DNA of 43,046 nucleotides from a virus: IMG/VR virus record IMGVR_UViG_3300045988_012163; one strand, 5' to 3'. Shown piece by piece: positions 1 to 7,514 of this stretch (position 1 is its first letter; each line of letters starts with the position of its first letter). The notes under the pieces were generated by a model. It saw only the letters and a program-made list of their open reading frames with translations, ran no database searches and was not told where the DNA came from. The position numbers and the translations under genes were made by a program.

Positions 1-119
1 GCTTTTTTTATCGTCAGCCCGCACCGCGCGATAATATCGGCGGTAATCTCTTCGCACGTTCTGTTGTCCTGCTTCTTCGGCTCAATGATGTCCGCGTATC
101 GCGCCTTGATATAGTTCCC
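1..119. repeat. Terminal direct repeat copy 1 (identical to 42928..43046); circular-closure overlap
   Basis: Base-for-base identity of 1..119 with the last 119 nt of the window. The join restores a continuous minus-strand ORF. Confidence 0.95.
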
Positions 120-238
120 GCCCGCGTATCGCGCCGTGTTTTCGGCCACAATGCGCAGCGCGTCCGTCACATAAATGCGGTATGCGTCGTTTCTTGCTTT
201 TTCATTGAGCCGCGCCACACAGTACCGCAGGAACGGCT
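1..238 (-). CDS. gpT-like -1 frame extension of the tail assembly chaperone (window-truncated; continues across the junction to the stop at 42900)
   Basis: The frame -1 relative to 239..634 is open from 323 down to position 1. It translates to ...KPFLRYCVARLNEKARNDAYRIYVTDALRIVAENTARYAGGNYIKARYADIIEPKKQDNRTCEEITADIIARCGLTIKK. It has no own start or RBS and sits between the major tail and tape measure genes. Confidence 0.5.
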
Positions 239-634
239 TTATTCTTCTTTGCCCTCGGTATTCTCCTGCGCAGAGCCAGAGGATTTCCCGCTCTGCGCTG
301 AGAGAAAAAGCGCGCTGAATGCCTCATCGGTCAAAAGCTCCGTCGCGTCGCGCATCAGCTTGACGAGGTTCAGCGCACCCTTGTAGCTCTCTGCGCTCAC
401 TCCCTCAATAGAGGCAAGAATGGCGATGATGTCGCCTTTGTGGCCCTTGAGCAGCGCGGGGAGCGCTTTTCGCGCCCTCTGCGTCATAAACTCTTTGGCT
501 GTCATGCCCTCGGGCAGCTTCTCGCGCTTGAACAGCGCGGATGCCGCATCGTCCTCCGCAATGTTAGCAATCGGGTCGATGATATCCGCGATGACGTCAA
601 AGACGCGCTCGCCCTGAATGTCGGAAAGTCTCAT
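239..634 (-). CDS. Tail assembly chaperone (gpG-like)
   Basis: 131 aa with an acidic C-terminus. The ATG directly abuts the stop of the major tail gene. This is the conserved position upstream of the tape measure gene (across the circular junction). Confidence 0.6.
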   Translation of the reverse strand: MRLSDIQGERVFDVIADIIDPIANIAEDDAASALFKREKLPEGMTAKEFMTQRARKALPALLKGHKGDIIAILASIEGVSAESYKGALNLVKLMRDATELLTDEAFSALFLSAQSGKSSGSAQENTEGKEE

Positions 635-1222
635 TTACGCCTCCGCCGTGCCGGACTTGATGTAAATTTCAAAGGGAACCGTGTCCTGCGCGCTCATGGA
701 ATAGTGCCCGGTAAACTCAAAGGCAAACTGTCCCTTGGCCTTGTCGCTTGTCTGAAGCTGGAAGCCGCCTGTGGAAAGCGCGTTGATCAGCTTGATAGCG
801 ATAAAGCCGCCGTTAGTTTCGCCGTTCTTGTCGGAGTAATCGCCCACAAGCCAGATATCGTCAAAGTCCGCGTCCTTGAGGTCGTTGCGCGGTGTAACCT
901 TGGTCGTGTCGGTCGTCCCGATGTCCGCCGCGCCGCACAGCCGCTTTGCAATGGCGGTATCCGCATTGACAAACGTGCCGGTCATCTTTACCTCCCACGA
1001 ATCGAGCTTTTTCAGCTCTTTCATGTTCTTGGGGCAGTTGTCGATATCCTCGCCAAAGTCCGAGTAGGTCGGCGTGGCGGTGAAGTTGACGCCACCGGTC
1101 GTTGCGCCGATCTGCCCCGCCTCGCCGATGGCGCCGGTCGCAGGCGTGAAGTCGGTCGTCAGGATACCAGCGTTGATCTGAAGCTTCTGAAATGCGTCAG
1201 AAGGAATCTTGGTAAATTTCAT
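635..1222 (-). CDS. Major tail protein
   Basis: 195 aa, T/G/D-rich beta-type sequence (GATTGGVNFTATPTY..., FEFTGHYSMS). Gene order is connectors, this gene, chaperone, tape measure. Confidence 0.75.
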   Translation of the reverse strand: MKFTKIPSDAFQKLQINAGILTTDFTPATGAIGEAGQIGATTGGVNFTATPTYSDFGEDIDNCPKNMKELKKLDSWEVKMTGTFVNADTAIAKRLCGAADIGTTDTTKVTPRNDLKDADFDDIWLVGDYSDKNGETNGGFIAIKLINALSTGGFQLQTSDKAKGQFAFEFTGHYSMSAQDTVPFEIYIKSGTAEA

Positions 1223-1237
1223 AGTCTTTCCCTTTCA

Positions 1238-1606
1238 TCAGTTTTGCGACAGGAACTCAACCGTAATGTTGAGATACCGCCGCTTGATGTTTTTATCGCT
1301 TTCATCCGCGATGTTCTGGCACCACGGGGATCCTCGCTTGATCCACATCGCCCCGCCATCATACGGCACAAGCACGCCGCCCATGCCGATGGCATCGCTG
1401 ATTTCCTGTGCCTTTGCGTTGGGTGTCGCTTCGCTCTCGGTGTAATACCAGAGGTTGACCGTCAGCGCGATTTCACCGCTCTCCCATGACCCTGTGATAA
1501 GCTCATAGGTCAGCCACGGGAAAACCGCATCATCTGGCACGTTGGAGGTCGGATAGGCCGGGAGGAATTGAGAAAACCACGCATGGAGCGCCTTGTCCTT
1601 TGTCAT
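1238..1606 (-). CDS. Tail completion / tail terminator-type protein
   Basis: 122 aa. It is the last of three small overlapping head-tail joining genes immediately upstream of the major tail gene. Confidence 0.5.
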   Translation of the reverse strand: MTKDKALHAWFSQFLPAYPTSNVPDDAVFPWLTYELITGSWESGEIALTVNLWYYTESEATPNAKAQEISDAIGMGGVLVPYDGGAMWIKRGSPWCQNIADESDKNIKRRYLNITVEFLSQN

Positions 1607-1962
1607 TTTGGCAACTCCTTTCGCTCTGCGGTGAAGAATTTCAGTGCCTTAATGGTTGCACCCGCAGACCTCGGCGCGGCCTTTTCCTCGGGGTTTGAGG
1701 TCACGCGGTAGGTGTTGCCGGTGGACGTGTCGCGGAAATAGTCGTTATACTCGATGGGGACGGTCTTGTTGACCAGCGCGGAATACACCGAGGTCACACC
1801 CTCCTTTTCCGCCCTGCGGGCCTCCATCGAGGTATCGAGCGCTTGATAGTTGAGAAATTCCGCGCCTTCGGCCCACGCAACGATGTAGCCGCCTGCGCCG
1901 TCCGGCGTTCGCGTCTTTTCCATCAGCACGCATTTGCTTGCAAAATCGTCGAGTAAACTCAC
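1603..1962 (-). CDS. Head closure / head-tail adaptor protein
   Basis: Probable GTG start at 1962 in a GTGA overlap with the upstream stop, preceded by GGGGGTGG. The sequence ...TRTPDGAGGYIVAWAEGAEF...NTYRVTS resembles head-tail adaptor families. The longer ORF to 2187 is R/K-rich read-through of the neighbouring gene. Confidence 0.55.
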   Translation of the reverse strand: MSLLDDFASKCVLMEKTRTPDGAGGYIVAWAEGAEFLNYQALDTSMEARRAEKEGVTSVYSALVNKTVPIEYNDYFRDTSTGNTYRVTSNPEEKAAPRSAGATIKALKFFTAERKELPK

Positions 1963-2393
1963 GGTTCCACCCCCTTGAGCTTTCGCCAGTCGTTTAACCG
2001 GTCTCTGAAAGCGTCCTGCCAGCCGTTCAACGCGCTGCCGTCGCTTCCCGCGCTGCGTTTGGCGTAAGAATAGCCCCCGAAGCTCTCGCTTTGATACGGG
2101 CTTGCAACGGCCTCCCCGTTCTTTTCCTGCCACGCGGCGATATCTTCGGCAAGCACAACCACAGCCTTTGGCACCGCCAGCGCCCACACCGTCCCGGTAA
2201 AGGTTTCATCCGTCAGGTCAGCCGCCGGATATTGATGCAGACCGTCATTAAACACAGAGCCGCAGATGCGGAAATATTGATTGGTCAGGAGAAAGGGCAG
2301 CGCAATGCTGCCGTTCTCCACGGTGAACGTGCCCTCGTGAATGTCCACAAGGAACCAGTTGTTCAAATGCCGTAAGACCTGTTCAAGCATCAC
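1959..2393 (-). CDS. Head-tail connector (gp6/gp15-like)
   Basis: 144 aa, immediately downstream of the major capsid gene. The N-terminus MLEQVLRHLNN... is typical of gp6-like connectors. Confidence 0.6.
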   Translation of the reverse strand: MMLEQVLRHLNNWFLVDIHEGTFTVENGSIALPFLLTNQYFRICGSVFNDGLHQYPAADLTDETFTGTVWALAVPKAVVVLAEDIAAWQEKNGEAVASPYQSESFGGYSYAKRSAGSDGSALNGWQDAFRDRLNDWRKLKGVEP

Positions 2394-2406
2394 GCCGCCC
2401 CCTTAT

Positions 2407-3309
2407 TTAGCCCGCAGCAGCCGCAGCAACGGTAGCCACGGCAATGCCGTCCAGATACTCAGCCCACAGCTTCATGCCCATGATGGCGTACATATCGCCG
2501 GTGGCGCGGCTGTAATCGCCGTCGACGTGAACTCCGATCAGGTTGGTCTCGCCCTTCACGGTGTAGTTCAGGCCCAGCTTGGCAAAGTCGCTGTCGCTGG
2601 GGTCCACATAGTACAGGTCGATGTTCTCCACGGGCAGAGCGATCACCTTCTTGGAGGCAATGTACTTCTCAGGCAGCAGGAACAGAGTGCGGTAGCCCAT
2701 GAAGTTCTCCACGTAGTTGATGCCGAACATGGTCTGCACGGTGATCTCCTTGTCGCCCAGGTAATCGTAAGCGTCGATGATGTTGGCGAAGCCCACCACC
2801 TCGGTCACGTCCTTATCCAGACCGGCAAACTTGTCCAGCACCTTGCCCTTAGCCATGGCCAAAGCGCGCTGCCACGTCTTCTCGGTCACCTTCAAAGTGC
2901 CGGTACCGAGGAAGGTATAGAAGTCGGTCAGGACCTTGTTCTGCAGGGCCACGAGGAAAGCCTCATCGGTCTTCTCCACGGCAACGTCAGCGCCGTACTT
3001 TGCCACGCTCTCGATCGTCACGCTCTTGGCATACTTGGAAATGTCGATGTCGCCGTAGGCAACAGGCTCCACCTTCATCTTGGTGAAGGGGATCTCGTCA
3101 CCCTCAGCCACAGTGCCGCCCTTGAGACCGCCGTCCACGCTGGCCTTGTAGGAAACCAGCTTCGTGCCGGGGGCCTTGCGGATGGGACGCATAATGCCCA
3201 TGATGTTGCGCAGTGCGTCCCAGTTATCAGCAAAGCGGGACACGAAATCCACCTCACGGGCGGAAGTGGTAAACTGGGCAGAAGTTGTTACGTTAGTTTT
3301 CGCAGCCAT
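2407..3309 (-). CDS. Major capsid protein (HK97-fold type)
   Basis: 300 aa, follows the scaffold gene. The sequence MAAKTNVTTSAQFTTSAREVDFVSRFADNWDALRNIMGIMRPIRKAPGTKL... is characteristic of SPP1-like capsid proteins. Confidence 0.85.
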   Translation of the reverse strand: MAAKTNVTTSAQFTTSAREVDFVSRFADNWDALRNIMGIMRPIRKAPGTKLVSYKASVDGGLKGGTVAEGDEIPFTKMKVEPVAYGDIDISKYAKSVTIESVAKYGADVAVEKTDEAFLVALQNKVLTDFYTFLGTGTLKVTEKTWQRALAMAKGKVLDKFAGLDKDVTEVVGFANIIDAYDYLGDKEITVQTMFGINYVENFMGYRTLFLLPEKYIASKKVIALPVENIDLYYVDPSDSDFAKLGLNYTVKGETNLIGVHVDGDYSRATGDMYAIMGMKLWAEYLDGIAVATVAAAAAG

Positions 3310-3329
3310 AAATAGCTCCTTTCAAAAAA

Positions 3330-3953
3330 TCAGTTGTTTTCGCTTGCCATCAGATCGGCAAGTGCTTTCTGGCGCTCCGCCGTAGACATCACATAGCGGC
3401 CCTTATCGTCCTTCTTGTAGATGTCCTCGCGTGTCTTTGCGCCGCCGGTGTTTGCCGGGGGATTGGCGGGATTCGCGCCCTTTGTCTGCGTGGTGGAGAC
3501 CAGCCCCTTGTAGGTGCCGTCTACGAGCGCATCAAGGGCCTTGGTGTCCTTGATCTTGTCGCCGTCCAGCTCCAATGCGGCCATTTCCTCGCCGCAGCCG
3601 CGCATCGCAAGGTCGAGATTCGCGCCGGTGATGTTTTTGCTCTCAAAGTAAGCGCGCACGGCCTTTTCCTTTGCCGCCTTGCTTTCCTTTGCCGTGACGT
3701 CGGATTTGTAAGTTTCAAAGGCCGAGTGTTCCTTCTCGTACTTTTCCTTATAGCCGCCGTCACCCGCTGCCTTGAGGTCGTCCAATTCCTTCTGGACGCC
3801 GGGCAGCTTCTCCGCGTCCGCCTTGTACTTCGTGAGATCGTCCTTGAGGGGGTCGACCACGCCCAGATGCAGCGCAACCAAGCGATTCTCGATTTCTTCG
3901 GTGCAAGCCTCGCCGAGAATATTCCTGATTTCCGCTCTCGTAAATTTCGCCAT
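3330..3953 (-). CDS. Scaffolding protein
   Basis: Start ATG at 3953 behind AAGGAGAA. Highly charged helical K/E/D/A-rich sequence (MAKFTRAEIRNILGEA...KYKADAEKLPGVQKELDDLK), directly upstream of the capsid gene. Confidence 0.75.
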   Translation of the reverse strand: MAKFTRAEIRNILGEACTEEIENRLVALHLGVVDPLKDDLTKYKADAEKLPGVQKELDDLKAAGDGGYKEKYEKEHSAFETYKSDVTAKESKAAKEKAVRAYFESKNITGANLDLAMRGCGEEMAALELDGDKIKDTKALDALVDGTYKGLVSTTQTKGANPANPPANTGGAKTREDIYKKDDKGRYVMSTAERQKALADLMASENN

Positions 3954-4033
3954 GTTATTCGTTCTCCTTTTCCTTGGCCCCAATTCTTCGGGGGCGAACG
4001 TTGTATAAAAACCGCTGTACCTCGCGGGTTTTA

Positions 4034-4080
4034 CCGAAAACAAAAGAGCCAACCACCGAGAAATTCTCAGTAGCTGGCTC
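4034..4080 (-). terminator. Strand-specific intrinsic terminator upstream of the scaffold/capsid genes
   Basis: Minus-strand RNA GAGCCAGCUACUGAG-AAUUU-CUCGGUGGUUGGCUC forms a 15-bp stem that includes 3 G-U pairs. It is followed by UUUUGUUUUCGG. The G-U pairs become C-A mismatches on the plus strand. Confidence 0.6.
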
Positions 4081-4103
4081 CTATTGCCCTTTCCCGCGCC
4101 CTA

Positions 4104-4235
4104 TTACGCGGAAGTTGAATATTTGATTGTTTTCTTGACCTCTAATACGATATACCCGTCGCCCTTGCGTCGGATTTCCGCGTCATTGCCACGCCGTATA
4201 ATGGCTTCAATGGCCTTGATAGTCTCGTTATCCAT
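4104..4235 (-). CDS. Small hypothetical protein (43 aa, below ORF-track cutoff)
   Basis: MDNETIKAIEAIIRRGNDAEIRRKGDGYIVLEVKKTIKYSTSA. Its ATG overlaps the end of 4228..4632 (AAATGGATAA). Confidence 0.45.
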   Translation of the reverse strand: MDNETIKAIEAIIRRGNDAEIRRKGDGYIVLEVKKTIKYSTSA

Positions 4236-4632
4236 TTTTCAGCTCACTTTCCAGAATGTCCCGATACTGTCCCACATGGTCGGCGGCAGCTGGTTTCAGA
4301 AACGGCTGTGCCTTGTTGCCGCGCGTGTAATGCCAGTTGCCTTTCGCGTCCTGGTACACCCACGGCGTAGGCCGTCCGCCGCCGCCCTCGGCGTTAATGC
4401 CCGTGCCAAGCTCGACGTAAGCGGCATACTCATTGTTCGTGCCGATGATTGCCGCCGGTTCCTGCTCGTCTATCATATGGGTAATGCTGTTCCGCAAGTT
4501 GCCGGTGTCAACTGGGCACAGCTTTTTTGCGTATCCCTCTGCCACCAGCCCAATCTTTTCAAGGCCCCGCAGCAGCGCCGCCTTGATTTCAGCGGAAACC
4601 TCCGCACTGTGATCCTGGATTGTAACGCTCAT
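4228..4632 (-). CDS. HK97 gp10-family phage protein
   Basis: Motif AKKLCPVDTGNLRNSITHMI is typical of the HK97 gp10 family. ATGA overlap with the upstream small ORF. Confidence 0.65.
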   Translation of the reverse strand: MSVTIQDHSAEVSAEIKAALLRGLEKIGLVAEGYAKKLCPVDTGNLRNSITHMIDEQEPAAIIGTNNEYAAYVELGTGINAEGGGGRPTPWVYQDAKGNWHYTRGNKAQPFLKPAAADHVGQYRDILESELKNG

Positions 4633-4805
4633 CGCTCACCCCATGTTTCAGCAATAAGCGTACCATCCTCCTTGCACTCTCTGATAACCATTCGATTGTT
4701 ATCGATATAGCAGATTTCCGAATAATCGCCACCGGACGGTGTTTTCCCGTAAACACGCTCTTTAACAAGTTTTCCATTGTCATCATAAAACTTTTTTGTT
4801 TTCAT
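4629..4805 (-). CDS. Small hypothetical protein (58 aa, below ORF-track cutoff)
   Basis: MKTKKFYDDNGKLVKERVYGKTPSGGDYSEICYIDNNRMVIRECKEDGTLIAETWGER. RBS GGCGGTGAG. Its stop overlaps the next ATG (ATGA). Confidence 0.5.
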   Translation of the reverse strand: MKTKKFYDDNGKLVKERVYGKTPSGGDYSEICYIDNNRMVIRECKEDGTLIAETWGER

Positions 4806-4819
4806 AAGCGCTCACCGCC

Positions 4820-6505
4820 TTACCTTAAGAAAATATCAATGATTTTCGCTCTGTTCGGAAACATCTTTCTGAATACGTCCGGATTTTTAACAAATTCGGC
4901 CACGCTTTCCGCAAAATCCTCAGAATTGGCGTTTTCTCCGTAGACTGTAACCGATTTTTGACCGGATACCTTCTTATCTTCAGCCATTGCATCCGTCCAC
5001 CATGTGTACTCTGAGAAGCGTGTGCCATTTACGCTATTGTCCGTGTCAACTTTATGCCCGATTTCATGGCAATACGTTCGCACAACATAATCGTCGTTAT
5101 GCGGATGATCATAACGCCAAAAATTGATGTCATCCCCGCCCGTAGCATAACTGCCTCGGAATTTCTTGTATCGCTTTCTCCAGTATTTGTCTTGCGGATT
5201 ATGAACATCTTGGAATATGATTTGTTTTTGCCCCATATCCCGTAATTTTTCTGGAACCTTACCCCAAAGCTCAACCGCTTTCTCTGGGGTCATCGTCTGG
5301 TGCGCTTTGTTGTAACTCACTGGAAATACAAACTCTGTTCCGTCTGGAGTTTTATAAACCGTGGCATTTGCGGATTTTCTCGTCCCGTTTTCCGTTCCAT
5401 CACTAAAATCATATTTCCGCGTCTCCGTGGTGCAATCCGAAATAGTGATTGGCAACGGCTTGCTTTCTTCTATTATAGCAGATTTTGCCGCACTTGCAAC
5501 TTGCTTTGTATCCTTTTTCCATCCAGCCCATTCAGCATAGGACATATTAGAAACGACCTCTGTTTGCCCCGTATCGGCGTTTTTGGCGCGTCTCTGCGCC
5601 GATGAGGTATCTACGCCCTCCACGGCGGCAATCAGCGTACAGCGGCAGTTATATATCTCCCACGGTGGCCCTTGTGGGTCGCCGGGAAAGCGACACCCGT
5701 TAGAAAACTTCTTGTCCTGCGCCACTTGTTCGCCGTCAAGCATGGCATGAGAGTGGCGTGTACGCGCGTCCAGCGTAGCCAGCCAACATTTTTTGAGCTT
5801 AATCCCCATCTTCTCCGCCGCCGCATAGCTATCCATGCGTCCGGCGTTCTGCGCGCCGGTCACGGCAGTTCTGGCCGTGCGAATTGCGCTGTCTCGGCTC
5901 ATGGTGGAGATCCGCTTTTGCAGGTCATCCGCCATGTGCTTGATGCTCTTCCCCTGCAAGATAGAGCTGGTGACGCTTGCCGTGATCTGCTTCTTACCAT
6001 ACGCGAGGTCGATACCACGCTTTAAGGCCCGTTTCGGCGGGTAGTATGGCATTAAGTCCGGCTGCTCTACCATAAGCCGCTTGACAGTCTGCTCGTCCCA
6101 CAGGTCGAAGCCCACGTTCCCAGCCACACTCTCGATGGTGTACGCCGCATAATTGCGGTTGAGGGAGTAAATACCGGGCGTTGCATCGTTGGTGTAGGAC
6201 ACCGCCACAGCGTTTGCATCGGTCACGCGGTGCGCCACCTTGTCCCGCATGGCCTGATAGCGTTCCCCACGCCCAATCTGGTTCAGCCGCCATTGCTTAT
6301 AGTCCTGCTCCGTCCATTCCTTGCCGTTCTGCACGGTGCCGATCAGCGCCTTCATTTCCTCGTCGCGCTTTTTGAATTGCTCAAAATATGCGTCGATGGT
6401 AGCTTGCAGTTCTTCCCCCGCCTCGCGGTATAGCGTTGCAATACGACGTTCCAGCTTCGCAAGCTCCTTGTCGGTCAGCTTGTGTCCGAGGTCACTGTTT
6501 GGCAT
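4820..6505 (-). CDS. Head morphogenesis protein (SPP1 gp7 / Mu F-like) fused to a C-terminal lethal-factor-like HExxH metallopeptidase domain
   Basis: N-terminal about 290 aa end in the MuF hallmark ...PWEIYNCRCTL. The C-terminus carries YCHEIGHKVD (5054..5068) and YGENANSEDFAESVAEF, which parallel HEFGHAVD and YGRTNEAEFFAEAF of anthrax lethal factor. Confidence 0.8.
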   Translation of the reverse strand: MPNSDLGHKLTDKELAKLERRIATLYREAGEELQATIDAYFEQFKKRDEEMKALIGTVQNGKEWTEQDYKQWRLNQIGRGERYQAMRDKVAHRVTDANAVAVSYTNDATPGIYSLNRNYAAYTIESVAGNVGFDLWDEQTVKRLMVEQPDLMPYYPPKRALKRGIDLAYGKKQITASVTSSILQGKSIKHMADDLQKRISTMSRDSAIRTARTAVTGAQNAGRMDSYAAAEKMGIKLKKCWLATLDARTRHSHAMLDGEQVAQDKKFSNGCRFPGDPQGPPWEIYNCRCTLIAAVEGVDTSSAQRRAKNADTGQTEVVSNMSYAEWAGWKKDTKQVASAAKSAIIEESKPLPITISDCTTETRKYDFSDGTENGTRKSANATVYKTPDGTEFVFPVSYNKAHQTMTPEKAVELWGKVPEKLRDMGQKQIIFQDVHNPQDKYWRKRYKKFRGSYATGGDDINFWRYDHPHNDDYVVRTYCHEIGHKVDTDNSVNGTRFSEYTWWTDAMAEDKKVSGQKSVTVYGENANSEDFAESVAEFVKNPDVFRKMFPNRAKIIDIFLR

Positions 6506-7119
6506 TTCTGCCTCCGTTTCACAATATCGTCATAGTGCGGTTTTACGCGGATCACATTCCAATCGCATTCTTCCGGCACTTTCCCGTAGAATATCACCCA
6601 TTCCGGTGAAAGCCGTTTCATCATTTCCTCGTAGCCGCGCAGAAACAGCCTCTTGCTTTCCTTGTTTTGCTGTGTCCCTACTGAGCTGACAGCCACAACA
6701 CCGCCAACCGGCTCGCCATCAAAGCACCAATCATAGCTCCACTCGTCGCTCCATGAGATCGTGGGATAAACCGTCATGCCGTGCATTTGCCAATACGCCG
6801 CCAACCAATGCTTGCGGTAATGGTTGTATATCTGCATCGCCAGCGGCATATCCGTGTATATGGAGAAGTCCGGCGCGCACACCGCCGCAAACTGCGACAG
6901 TTGCGGAATGCGCTTGTCAGGTGTGTTCCAATACCGAATGAATTGATAATCGTCCACGAAGAAATGCACGATCTTGCTTTTCGTGTCTTTCGCAGTGTAA
7001 TGGTAATTCACGGGGATAAACTCGCCATGCGGATACGCCTTTACCGGCTCGATCTGTGGGATTTCATACTTGCCAACGCCGGGGAATGTAAACTTGTCGA
7101 GATTTTCAAAGTTAATCAT
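6475..7119 (-). CDS. DUF4417-like protein
   Basis: 214 aa with HFFVDDYQFIRYWNTPDKRIPQL...PDFSIYTDMPLAMQIYNHYRKHWL, which I recognise as the DUF4417 pattern. Lies between the portal and MuF genes. Confidence 0.5.
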   Translation of the reverse strand: MINFENLDKFTFPGVGKYEIPQIEPVKAYPHGEFIPVNYHYTAKDTKSKIVHFFVDDYQFIRYWNTPDKRIPQLSQFAAVCAPDFSIYTDMPLAMQIYNHYRKHWLAAYWQMHGMTVYPTISWSDEWSYDWCFDGEPVGGVVAVSSVGTQQNKESKRLFLRGYEEMMKRLSPEWVIFYGKVPEECDWNVIRVKPHYDDIVKRRQKCQTVTSDTS

Positions 7120-7514
7120 TCCTTAACCCATCCACCGTTCCGGAATTTATATCCCCGCTTTTTAAGGGCCTCTTTGACGGCATAGGTTTGCCCGGTAAAT
7201 GATGTGATTTTTTCAAAATTGATGTTATGTGGAGTGTCGTTTACAAAGCCGTGATCAAGTGTATAAGTCACATAATTCGTCTTGTTTGTTTTTGCGGTCT
7301 TATTGTAGCTATCGGCTTTGGCGTATTGCAATTCTACCTTCCCGTCTCCAAGTGAAACGGCTTGTAGCACCGTATCATCGTACCGCCCGCGCGTAAATCC
7401 ACGTCCTTCGATGTATCTGGTTTCAACCTTTAAGGGCTTTTCGCGCCCAAACATCCCACCCGCGCTGGACGACTTGGCGCTTCCGCCACCGGCTCCGCCT
7501 CTACCTCCCATCAC
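7116..7514 (-). CDS. Hypothetical protein with Gly-rich N-terminus
   Basis: 132 aa, MMGGRGGAGGGSAKSSSAGG... ATGA overlap with the portal stop. Visibly AT-richer than the flanks. Confidence 0.5.
   Translation of the reverse strand: MMGGRGGAGGGSAKSSSAGGMFGREKPLKVETRYIEGRGFTRGRYDDTVLQAVSLGDGKVELQYAKADSYNKTAKTNKTNYVTYTLDHGFVNDTPHNINFEKITSFTGQTYAVKEALKKRGYKFRNGGWVKE

Noticed and set aside
440-1489. Long plus-strand ORF (349 aa) antisense to the major tail and tail-completion genes. Similar mirror ORFs occur at 2341..3315, 12268..12966, 18123..18746, 20743..21627, 22571..23503, 29918..30730, 35062..35877, 36716..37483, 37941..38768 and 39210..39827.
   Set aside because: Their translations are R/A/G/L/H/V-rich low-information sequence with no RBS. 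Each fully overlaps a well-supported minus-strand gene. This is the typical stop-codon-poor antisense frame of GC-rich coding DNA.
1603-2187. 194-aa version of the head-closure ORF with an R/K/G-rich N-terminus.
   Set aside because: The N-terminal 75 aa overlap the connector gene in another frame and look non-protein-like. A GTG with a good SD and a GTGA stop/start overlap at 1962 gives the expected protein of about 119 aa.
4084-4710. 208-aa plus-strand ORF.
   Set aside because: It is antisense to three coupled minus-strand genes, including the HK97 gp10-like gene, and has no RBS.
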